From the NCBI GenBank assembly GCA_039096225.1, contig JBBPEB010000002.1, positions 930,001-994,000 on the forward strand: DNA of 64,000 nucleotides, in the 5' to 3' direction. Below are positions 50,100 through 62,628 of the stretch, one piece after another. The position numbers and the translations under genes are program-made. The notes under the pieces were generated by a model, which did not search any database, was not told the origin of the DNA, and saw only the letters and a list, made by a program, of their open reading frames with translations. Every line of letters starts with the position of its first letter. Positions within the stretch are counted from its first letter, which is position 1. Source of the DNA: Blastocystis sp. Blastoise. Taxonomy: Eukaryota > Protista > Bigyra: Opalinata.

Positions 50100-50509
50100 T
50101 TGTAATCATCCTATTCATTATACATGTTTTTTAAATATGAATTCTTCAGAACTATACTTTCTTGTATATATATGTTTATATATATATATAAGAATTGAAT
50201 AGGAGAAAGCAATTCCATGTTGTAAATGTGGTCAGTTATATAATTTCATGATACCTATTCTTGATACTAATAGTATATATATAAATATAATAATTGTAAG
50301 ATAATATTATTTACAGTGTTTTATCGTAATGTTACTAAAGAAGAAGAAGAAGCTATATATGACAAATACAAGTCTATATATGATGTATTATTATTCTATT
50401 AAATATAATGTTATATACCTATAGAATATTATTAGATCATCCTCATATTATGGTTTAACATGCTCAGTATATTATTTTTATTATTATGATTATTATTATT
50501 ATGATTATG

Positions 50510-50569
<60 letters not shown>

Positions 50570-50716
50570 CTTAATATTTACATATAAATATAATTATATG
50601 TTATCTAGAATAACCCAAAAGATATAGACATAAGTTTTTATGTAGCTATTTTATCTTTTTATACAACTTATCTTTTTTCAAATAATAGTAGACTTTACGT
50701 ATATAGTTAATAGTAG

Positions 50717-50773
<57 letters not shown>

Positions 50774-52895
50774 CGATTATATGTGACTTATTTCCAGAAT
50801 CTATTCTTTCTTATGAATATTCTTCTCGATGTATATATATAACTATATATATAATATTATAAAATTAATAGTTTCATTATTAACAATGAATCAACAAAAT
50901 CAACTATTATATACTCGAAACTTCATATTTATTCTTCTCAGAATTCTTTTACATGTATGATAACATATTCATAATTATTCATTTACTCTTATTTGAATAA
51001 TAATTCTAAGCATTCTTCTTTTACATTAATTTATATATAGTCTGGTTATGTTACATCACATTGTCTTTCTAATTCCACATTTCCACATTTTCATGCTTAT
51101 TTTACACAAACCTTATTTACGATTAATGGCCTATGTCAGAATGATACTGAATTGATGGATTCATATTTCTGTCAACATCCTATTCAACAATTAAATAAAA
51201 GTATAGAATATACATTTGATATACATTTACGATTAATTGAAGATCTATTAAAATTTTATTATTTATGGAATGATAAAACATTATATAATAGAGAGAAAGA
51301 GAAAGAGAATATTCAGAGAGATCGAGAAATATTATATGTTGATGAAAATGAAGTTGCGTTTAAATATATTAATATACCTATAGATGATTATTATGAAGAA
51401 GCATATCAACAATATATCCAAGATATGAAGAATAGTAAAGATATATATTCAGAATATATAAAAAAATTAATAGGAAATATTCCTTTTCCTATGTTTAATG
51501 AAGATAATAAACATTCTATTTTTAATAATGATCAATATGGATATATATTTGAAAGATATAGATTTCGTTATATAAATATACTTCATTGTAGAAATACTAT
51601 ATTACAACCTTCAATTAACAATAAAATTCGTACTCCTTATGATGATTTTAATAATATATTTGTACCTCAATTAGAAATATATACTTCTGAAATTGATCAA
51701 TATAAATTAGATCATGATATAAAAGATATAGATATTCAATCAAAGTTAAAAGATGTTGAATATGTTTTTATAGAAACCTCTCAACATACTGCATTCTATA
51801 TAGATATTTTACAACAAATGATGGAAGATCTTTATTTATATTATGAAGATATAATGTGTAACAATAAACAAAGTAATATACGATATATATATTTACTTAT
51901 GGCAAATATATTCTATAATTTAGCTGATTATAACGAATCTCATTATCCAGTTGAAATTTCAACTGCATACCCTCGATTATCATTATTATATACAAAACCA
52001 ATTGGATATCATGAAATTATCAAGTATTGCTATGTGATGGAAGACCTATTATTATTTAAACCTTTATTAACTCAAATGACTCAAAATTATATGTCTATTT
52101 TTTCAGAAGAATCATTATTGTCGATTATAAATAATAATTCTACAAGTTTCTCTAAACAAGATTCAAATAATAACAATAATAAGTTATTACAATGTATTAA
52201 TATATCAACTATAATTAAGAAAGACTGTGCTACTTCTATTGATATTACTAGTGATGATTATTATTATTTTATTTATTTCTATTTAATTATTACAATTCAT
52301 ATAGAACTATCAAAATTTACTATTTTAAATGATCCTAAATATCAATATAATCCTGATTATCCAATTATTTGGGATCAAAATAAAGAAGTGAATATACAAA
52401 AAATGAATAATACAACTAATAATATAGATGAAAATAGAAATGAAGAAGGAAAAGAATCAAGTGAAGTAATAAATGAAAATGAGATGAATTTTGAATCATC
52501 GAACTTATATAATAATTTCTTTAATCCTTTAAAAGTTATATTCCTTCAGTTGACACCAAAAGTATTTTCAGATACATATATAAATTATTATAATACTCGA
52601 AAATATCCATTTGTTATACAAAATGATTATTCTTCATTTCTGAATTTCCAACAGAATTATATATTAAATCAAACATCTATATATAAATCACATTATAGCC
52701 TCCCATTACATTATTCAACTATAGAAATATCTTCAAAGAGTATTGTTGAATATTTACAATTGTTCTTTGAATTATATGATATTGATACTAGTATAGTAAA
52801 TATTTATAATTTTATAAACCAATTATTCACCCAAAAATTATCATTTAAACAACTTTTATCTTTATATACTATTGATCCATGTATATTTATATATC

Positions 52896-52980
<85 letters not shown>

Positions 52981-54956
52981 TTACATATATATAAATAATT
53001 TATTTTATATTATTCATAATATTCTATATAGTATTTGTTGATTATCAATATATATTAATTGGTTTACTTGCATCATATTCAGAAACTGGTCCGTCTTATA
53101 TACATCAACTTAATGTATGCTTAATGGGAATAATTACTTGTAACACTATGGTGGTTAATAATAATACTTTTGTAAATGATATCAATTCATTTAAGTCTAT
53201 TAATCAAAATATTGAAAATTATCTAAAAGTTAAATTAGAATCTAATCATCCATATTTATCAGATCATGATATAAATCAATTAACACATAATTCGATTATA
53301 TTTAAACCTAGAAATATAGCCAAGGAATTTATTAGTTATTTATTTTGTCATTTTCCACTTGGAAATAATAATGGTAAGTGATTTATATATATTTTTTTCT
53401 TATATATATATATAGAAATGACAATTTTATTATATAAACATTTCAAAGAATTATATCCAGTTATGTATAAGAATAATAAATTAATTATTTTACTTCAATT
53501 AATGGTACTTATTCTTCACAAAGATTGTTGTATATATAACTATAAATATATATTTTATCTATATTATTTTATATATAGTAAAATATTTATTTTATTACTA
53601 TCAAACAGCTCTTGAATCTGATATATGTATAGTTTTAATTATAATTCTTATTATTAATATATAATATATATAGTCGATTTTCAACGTGAATTAGATGGAA
53701 ATGGTAACATTGATGAAGATATTTTCACATTCTTTTCAATTGTTAAAGAATGGGAAAGACGTGAAATATATGTATATGAAGAGATTCCTTATGAAGAAGA
53801 AATAACGAATATGTTATTAGAAAAAGGAGTATTATAGATATTTTATAATACTAATAATTATATATATATAGATTACGTATACTGTTCAACAATTATCTAT
53901 TCCATTTATGAGATCGTTATGTATATATATATATATATATATATAATACACATCATTCTGTAAAAATATCGAATCTATTTCTCTATATATATTTCTATAT
54001 ATAGATTTATTAAATATTATTCTTTCTCCTTCTTTTATTCCTTCTTCTGATATTTCTATTCCTACCTCCTTCTCTTCTTTATATACATACCTCTCTCTAT
54101 CTTCTTCTCCTTCTATTTTATCTCTATTAAAAAAGAAACCATGTGATTTTATTACTAAAGAAGTAATAGATGTACTCAGTTTCGATGTATTAAAGTATGT
54201 ATAATTATTGAAAAATATATCTATTTTAAATATTCATTTTTTTGTAGAATGTTTGAAATGCCTTATTATTTCTTCATATTAGATTTTGATCTGAGTTTCA
54301 AACAATGCGAATTCTCACTTTTAAATAAATTAGTATATTTTCTTTATAATACTATACTCTATTTCATATTTATTTATTAGCTTTATTTATCTGAAAAAGA
54401 AATAAAAGATCTTTCTAAGAATTGTGTTTGCAATCAATGTAATAAAAAGAGCAATCAAATGATATGTATGTGTATTGCTTGTGGACAAACAGTATACTCT
54501 ATATAATAATTAATAATAATTGATTTTATATTATTTTTATCATTTTACTAGGTTTGCTATTCATGTCAGCAAAATAGGCAATGTATAAAACAATACTTAA
54601 ATGATGACACTAATTTTTGTCATTGTTGTATTTTCATTCAACTATATAGTGGAACTATATATTATTTTGGAAGTGAGAATTGGTATATAATACTTGGAAA
54701 TCTGTAAGTTGATATATATATATATATTTTTAATTATAAAATAATTCTTTCTTTTTTATATATAATACATTATTTACTATTATTATTTGTTTATAGTTTT
54801 GATTTAGTACATTCCTTATTATTAGAAGATGTAGATATAGAAAAGAAGAATGAAAAAGAAATGAAGGAATTAGCTATTCAAGAAATTACTTCACTTTTAA
54901 ATAGAAATGATATTAGTCAACGAAAAAAATATCTAAATAAGATGTATGATCTTTAA
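45959..54956 (+). CDS. Divergent UBR1/PRT6-like E3 ubiquitin ligase (UBR box, RING-like domain, C-terminal Cys-rich domain), highly fragmented by introns
   Basis: UBR box CDYFINEGDTYYICNTC...VFCKKCW...NHV|GHDY...YCHCG. RING-like CAAC...SCNHPIHYTCF...PCCKCGQLYNFMIP. C-terminal CNQC...CMCIACGQT|VC. The true start may be slightly upstream. Confidence 0.8.
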
Positions 54957-55187
54957 TTTATTTAATATATATATGTTTATATTCTAATTGTTATCTAAAA
55001 AATTGTTATGCTTATTTTATATTAAATACATTCATTTTTATTGTTAATTATTTTACTAAGTATTTTTATTATTTTTTAATAAGCTTTAAATAGAAAAGAA
55101 TATATTTCCAAAGTCATATGTAATATATAAATAATTTAATTATATATATATCTAATATTCAATGGCTAGAAATGAACTATATTCTTT

Positions 55188-55358
55188 TCACTACCTTCCA
55201 AATATTTTGTGACTCTTGTGGTGTCTTTTTGTGATAATCACTTTAAGTCACTTTAAGTCTGTTTTTTATGACTCAGTATAACAATATATATTTTTTCATC
55301 AAAAACTATCAAAAGTAACACATTTTTCTGTGACAATTGTGGTGCAATATAAAAAAGA
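55188..55358. repeat. Degenerate non-coding dispersed repeat, copy 1 (direct repeat of 62265-62421)
   Basis: TCACTACCTTCCAAATATTTTGTGACTCTTGTGGTG versus TCACTGTCTTTCAACTATTTTGCGATACTTGTTGTG, then CACTTTAARTCA and CACATTTTT..TGACAATT in the same order and similar spacing. Confidence 0.7.
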
Positions 55359-55614
55359 CCTTATGGAAGGCAGTGATTAAAAATATTATAATAATGAGTT
55401 TATGATAATCACATAAAATACTTTTTTATATATATAAAATAAATTTTACCTTATTTGTGTTAGATTTAGTTACAACCTTCTTAAAAAATAAAAACAAACA
55501 TCAATTTTATATATATAATTAATAAAAGCATTAAAAATAAAGTAGATAAAAAAAAAATAATTAAACATAACAATAGAAAGAATAAAAATATATATACAAA
55601 AGAAATAAATAAAT

Positions 55615-55970
55615 TTAAACAAGTTTATAATCTACATGATTTTCATGAATAAATAAAGAATGCTCTAATTGCTGGTTATATATATTAATTTTGTTTCTTG
55701 AAATATTATTACCTAAATAACATAATATCAGTATAAATAATTATATATATATACTGATATTAAGAAATAACTCTTTTAATTTGGGAATTTTTCGATTAAT
55801 AATAAATTTGATAAGTTTTGATAATTGTTTCTCATTAAAAATATCTATAAGATTAAATATTATTTAATCTATTTAAATAAATACAAAATTCTAAACATCT
55901 TATATTTTGAGTTTTATTTTCATTAATACAATCAAATAACGTTTCTATCTCAAATTTGTTCATCGTTTCA

Positions 55971-56047
<77 letters not shown>

Positions 56048-57464
56048 TCAGAACCAATAATTGTATCTATATATGAATTCGTATCATATTTACATCGAAA
56101 AATAGAATTATTAGGATTATAAATATAAACAATTTTTTCCGAATAAGGATCTATAGAATAACAATATTAATGAATATAAATAGAATCAATATTATAATTA
56201 ACATACCACATAAATAGACAATACTTGAGGATGGAAAGTTATCATTATTTATATATGTACAAAATATTTCAATAAAAGAATTCCACCATTCATAACTATA
56301 TTTATCTATATATATATACATATATTATTTTATAAAAATAATTGTTTACATAATGATAAGAATATATATAAATATACATGATTTATAATAAAAAATATTA
56401 TTATTATTATATACAAAACTTGATAGTTTTTAATTGAGGGAAATTATCTTTAGTATATAGTTTACAAAAACTATCATCAGGTATATCATTAATGTCTAGA
56501 ATAATATTTATATAAAAAAAGAAATAGATATAGTATATCATAGAATTAAAACATATACATACTTAAATATAATTCAGTTGTATTTAGGAAACACCCTTTA
56601 GGAATTAATCGATTTATAAAAGTCATGTAGCAATCTAATAATAATAATTGAAATTAATTAAATAAATTATCATTAAACACAATAATTATACATATATAAA
56701 TAATTACGATTTATATTAACAATAGATGCCTTAGGAATTAATTTAATCATAATACTTTCATATATAGTTAAATATTCAGAGGATGATTCTTCTTTAATAG
56801 AATCTACTTTATATATATAGATTCATATATATATATATATAATATAATATACAGCCAATCGTTAATTTATGAATAGTATTAAACTTATTATCATTAAAAA
56901 GTGTTGAAATCCATGTTAAATATTGTATATTTATATATTTATAAACTATAGATAATGCACAAAGAATAATAATAATAAAATATATATAAAAAAAATACAC
57001 AATATAGATAAGTTATTCAATTGTTGTGATACATTACTCTTTAAGAATCTTTCTAAAGAATCTTTTTTATCAATCTCTTCATCACTATCATCATCATATT
57101 CATCATCTATAATGGATAAATATTAGCATTATTATTATATATCAACAATATATTTATTATATATTATGAAATACATGTGAATGTTATATATAAGCAATCA
57201 AGTCTTTGTTTATAATTTTCCATAGCATCTAACATTTCAATATTTTCAATATCAGAAGAATCAACTATAGAGAATAGTATATATATATAATATAAATAAT
57301 ATATGAAAAGATTTTTAAAATAAATTGTCATACTAGAAAGACAATCAAATAAAATAAGATTGTTCTCTAAAAATTCTTTTAAATGTGGAAAATAATAAAT
57401 ACAATCATCTATATAAAAAGTAAATAAATATAATTAATTATATAGATAGTATTATAATCTTAAA

Positions 57465-57501
<37 letters not shown>

Positions 57502-57784
57502 CGTGTATATTCATCAATTATATAAATATGAATAGAATGGGTATAAACTAAATCATCTAATAGAATAGCTATTTCCTCTTTTTGATCATTATTAATAATA
57601 TTTATATAAATAGTATCAATCATAGACATTATATTAACTGGAAATAGAGACTCAAAATTATCAATATCTAGAATAAGAATAATAATTTATTTATTACATA
57701 TACAAATATACTTATTTCAATTTTGTAATTGATAATGTGTAATTTTGGAAAGTATTGTTTCTTTATTGAAGATAATTGGAAAGG

Positions 57785-57836
<52 letters not shown>

Positions 57837-57973
57837 TATCATTATCATCTTCTTCTTCATCATCCTTATATATAAGTTCAATAACATTAGGAAATACATG
57901 AGTTGCTAGTATTTTCTTTAATTGATTATCAAAAAATTTATTATTTATTTGTTTAACTATATTGAATAATAAC

Positions 57974-58009
<36 letters not shown>

Positions 58010-58724
58010 TAAAAAAAATACTCCAGTCAACACTCAACGTAGTTACAGAATCAAAAACACCTTTTCCAACTAATTTTATAAAATCCACAAAATCATTTTG
58101 AAAATAATTATCTAAAAAATAATTATATTTAGTATTATATATATTTACGTTCAATTAAAATGTTTTTTGATATAGACAAATAAGAAGGAAGAAGTAATAA
58201 TTGAGATATACCATATTTAGAAGATACTTTATCAATACTATTTTACAAATTATTAATTAAATTAATAACATAAAATAATAATAATATTATTTACACGAAT
58301 GTTTTATCATTTATTTTATCTATATATAATAATAAATTATATTATTTTATAATACATATATACCCGAATATTTAATTATTACTGTATCTTCTGATGTATA
58401 TCCATTAGCTGTTTCATTCATTTCTACTTTTGAATTCTCATTTGTATATATTGTTTCATTAATTATATATTTGGAAAATATATTTAATTCCCTCTTCTTC
58501 CTTTTTTCATTATAAGAATCAATATAATTATATGAATTATTCACATCATTCAGATCTAAAGAAAAGATTTTATTATATTCATTCATATTGGAATCAGTAT
58601 AATATTTACATTTTTCATGATCATCTATTTCATCATCATATCTACCAGATATGTTATTATATTCCTTTATAAATTCATCATTAGTCAGATTTAATAGTAG
58701 CTCAATTCTCTTATAATGCGTAAT

Positions 58725-58771
<47 letters not shown>

Positions 58772-59010
58772 TATACCAGTTATTGTTAATTCTTTTAATG
58801 AAGGGAATATATCTTTAATACACGACGGACATATATATTCTAATGGAATATTTGATGCATAATCATCTATATATATATATATATATATTATAATATATTG
58901 TGTTAAAAATATTTACATATAATTTCAACTTTAGTAATATTCATCATTTTAAAAAGAAGAGAATAATATAAGAATTCATCTTTTCTATTTGGTGTAAATA
59001 ATCCTATATA

Positions 59011-59042
<32 letters not shown>

Positions 59043-59546
59043 GGAATTACCTTTTATAGATATTGATAGTCTCTCTGAATTGAATAACTCCATAGGAATA
59101 CGTGAATCAATGTCTTTATAATAATATCCATCTATATCATAATTGTTTTCTTTCAAATATTTATAGAATAATTCTTTAACATGAAAGAATAAATCACTTT
59201 GCTTTTCATTATCAAGTGTAACAGAATATTTAAAAAGTATTTCATATATATCATAACTATCTTTCAAATTTAATGAAGAAATATCCACGTTATCTTCCAT
59301 TAAAAATTGAATCACATTGTCCATGCTCAATGAAGGCATATCTATATAATAACTACCATCCTCATATTTATCAGAGTGTTTAATGATATCACAAAAGCGG
59401 AATTGGGGATATCTCTCAATAAAAACTCTAGAAATCCATAATTGCGTCTCATCTTGAAAAGTAAAGAAATCTGAGAAAAAATAAATAATTTATATTCTTA
59501 TCTACATACATTTATCTTCAGATAACTGTAATTCAGCGTTTGACAT
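55615..59546 (-). CDS. BTB-like plus LRR-like repeat protein, copy 2
   Basis: Colinear with 37165-41007 with matching intron positions: MSNAELQLSEDK|YFFTFQDETQLWISRVFIERYPQ...EDGSYYIDMP, YICPSCIKDIFPSLKEL. TAA at 55615-55617. Confidence 0.7.
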
Positions 59547-59832
59547 GGTAGTAATTGAACTATAATAACATAATGAGATCAAAAATAATATAAAAAAGCG
59601 ATTATATATTAAATATATGGTAACTGATTACTAAAAACTTACTCAAATTAATTAAAACTAATACAGGCTATGAAAAAAACAGAATAATATATTTTCCGTT
59701 TTTTTGATAAACTATGAAAATTATGAAAAATAGCTGACAAATTGTTTTATTCCTTAGATTATTTCTTTGCAAGTTCTAAATAAATTTTTTTTTTTAAATT
59801 TCATTTTTTGTCATTTTTAATCATATTTTACA
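59547..59832. promoter_or_regulatory. Conserved bidirectional spacer/promoter, copy 2
   Basis: 286 bp, homologous to 41008-41287. Confidence 0.75.
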
Positions 59833-61375
59833 ATGATAAAAGAAGGTAATTTATTTGATTTAGATTCTTTGAATTAAGTTAAAGAAGCTGTAAGTGGTTT
59901 AGATGAATTAATGAAGAAGATTGTAGAAGGATTCACTTCTATCCTTTCTTTGACACTTTATTCTGGTCAAAAACTTCAAAATGCTCTTAATAATCTAGAT
60001 GAAGATTGTATTCAAAGAGGAAGTGATAAATTCTCAAAATTGAAGCATTTTCTTGATAATGCTACAGGAAAAGCTACTGCAATAATGAATATGAATAATA
60101 CAAATGATACTGAGCTTATTCGTTTTTCTGGAAATGGTCCTTTGTTTTCATTATCGAAAAGAATTATCAATTCGATCCCTTATTCCTATATTTATGAGCA
60201 ATCTGAAGAAGAATTGAGAACAAATGATGGAACTATATTTCTTGATTATCGAGGAAACGATGCATCCGTTTATTATTTAATAGATTACTTGAATGGTAAA
60301 GTTGTAGATTATAGTCAAATTAAGTTTCGAGAACAATTAAAGTTGCTAGAGTTATTTGAATTTTGTAATTTACCAATTCCTATAGAATTATTAGATTGTA
60401 GAGAAAAAAGAGATAAAAAACAAAAAAAGTATGAAAAAGGTGATGAAGTCTCTCTAAATATTAATGGAAAGAACAATGATATGATTAAAAATTATTTAAT
60501 AAAGAATAATTTATGGGATGATTATATAATGAGATATAAGAATGGATATGTTGATTATGATTATATAAATGATATTAGGTCTATAAATGTTAGCTATAAG
60601 TATATGAAGTATATTACTGAATATATAGAAAGTGGTTATCTTGATATAAAAAAAGAAGAAATCAAAAATATAGATACTAGCTTATTGGAGGAAGAAGTAT
60701 ATAGTATATTTGGTGATCAACAAAAAGAAGCTGTTAAAACATATTTGAATGGAATACCAACTGTATTTGCGGATTCAACGATAATTGAAGAGAAATATTT
60801 TGAAACCCAATTAGTGAATTGGATAGGTAAAGAAAAGAAATGGAAATTAATATTTAGAGCAAGTGACCATGATTTTAAAGCAAGTGAATTCCATAAATAT
60901 TGTGATAATAAATGTCCTACTGTAACTATTATTAAACACATAGGTCATGATAATAAGATTAATATATTTGGAGGATATACAAATCAAAGTTGGGAATATC
61001 ATAGTGCATGTGGTATATATTAATTATTTTATATAATTATTCAATATAATTTATATAGGTTGGAAATCTTATTCAAAAGAATTTCTATTTACATTAAGTA
61101 ATGAACATGGTATTCCTCCAACTAAATATGATTATATTGATAGTGATAGAAGTTATGGTATCTTAAATAGTTATTTTGAGGGTCCCATATTTGGAGGTGG
61201 CAATGATATCCATATATCTGAAAATTGTCATAGTAATATTAATTCATATTGTAATGCATGTTCTTATTCTGAAGTGAATACTCCTCAAAAATCATCATTA
61301 TTTGTGAATACTAATAATGTTAATTCTAGAAATTACTTTACAGTAGAAGATTATGAAGTATGGGGAAGAGCTTAA
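59833..61375 (+). pseudogene. BTB-like plus single TLDc gene (gene C) with TAA at codon 15; may still be expressed from the in-frame ATG at 59911
   Basis: Paralogue of 41288. TAA at 59875-59877 replaces CAA. Otherwise open through one intron to EDYEVWGRA-stop at 61375. Confidence 0.7.
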
Positions 61376-62264
61376 AATAGGATAATAAATTATTATTTCT
61401 CTTATTTTCTTTCTTTATATATATTGTTTTCTTTTCTTTATTAGAGTTTTTTCATTATATATATATTATTTTAATAAAAAAGAATATAAAATAGTTTTGT
61501 TAATTGTATTCTTACTATACTTATTAGTATTAAAAGTTTATTAATATTAATTAGTATATAATATTTCAAGAATAAATAATTTTGTTTTATTAAAAATACT
61601 TTTGTAAATATATTTATTTTATAGATATATTAAAAGTAAGATAGAAATCCTAAGAATAAACCAATAAAATATATGTAGGATAAGAATTCTATGAAATAAA
61701 TATCAATACAATCTAATCTATTTAAATAAAAAAATTTTTATTGAAAGTATAAAACAAAAGATAGTATTTAAAATAAAAATGAAAGTTGATTCTATTCTTT
61801 TATTTATCAAAAAAAAAATTTCTATAATCTACAATAATAGGAATGCTATATATATAAATATCAATTTATATAATGTATAAATAAAAATATATTATATCTT
61901 TGAATTTTTTGTAAAAACAAAAAATTAAAAATAGTAAAATCAAAATATAGAATGACTATTATTCAATTAAAAAATGAACAAATATATTAAAATATTAATA
62001 AAAAAAGTTATTGAATACTTAAATACACTAGAGAATATATTTTATAAGCAAGAATAAATTGAGAATAGTATATAATTCATGAATATTATATAATTTATAT
62101 AAAATAGTTAAATGAAGTTTTTAAAACTATTAATAACTATAATAAAATGAGAATAATAATGAAAATAGTTTTTATTTTGATGAAGAGTATAAATACAGAT
62201 AAATATTTAATAATATAGAAATATAATTAAAGAAGATAGATTTGATAAATATATTAAAATAGTA

Positions 62265-62421
62265 TCACTGTCTTTCAACTATTTTGCGATACTTGTTGTG
62301 ACTATCATATAGATACACTTTAAATCAGACTTTTTATTATGGAATATAAAATATTTTTAATAGTTAAAAAATTAACAGAAGTGTCACATTTTTTATGACA
62401 ATTACTGTTCAAGAAAAAAAG
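62265..62421. repeat. Degenerate non-coding dispersed repeat, copy 2
   Basis: Alignable by eye with 55188-55358. Confidence 0.7.
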
Positions 62422-62628
62422 TGTTTCAGCGAAGTGAGTGTTTATTCTTAATATATATATCAAAACATTGAATAAAAATAAATTTTTAATAGTTATTGGC
62501 AAACAAAACTTAATAGAAGATTATAAGTCATCAGTTATTTATACCATTAAAGATTATTAAAATTTAATTGTTAATAAAATATAATTATAGTTGTTATAAT
62601 AATAATATGTATATAAACATATTTTTTT

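Noticed and set aside
41288-61375. Diversity-generating retroelement or CRISPR-like array behind TLDc variation
   Set aside because: No reverse transcriptase, no template/variable repeat pair with adenine-specific changes and no repeat-spacer array were seen.
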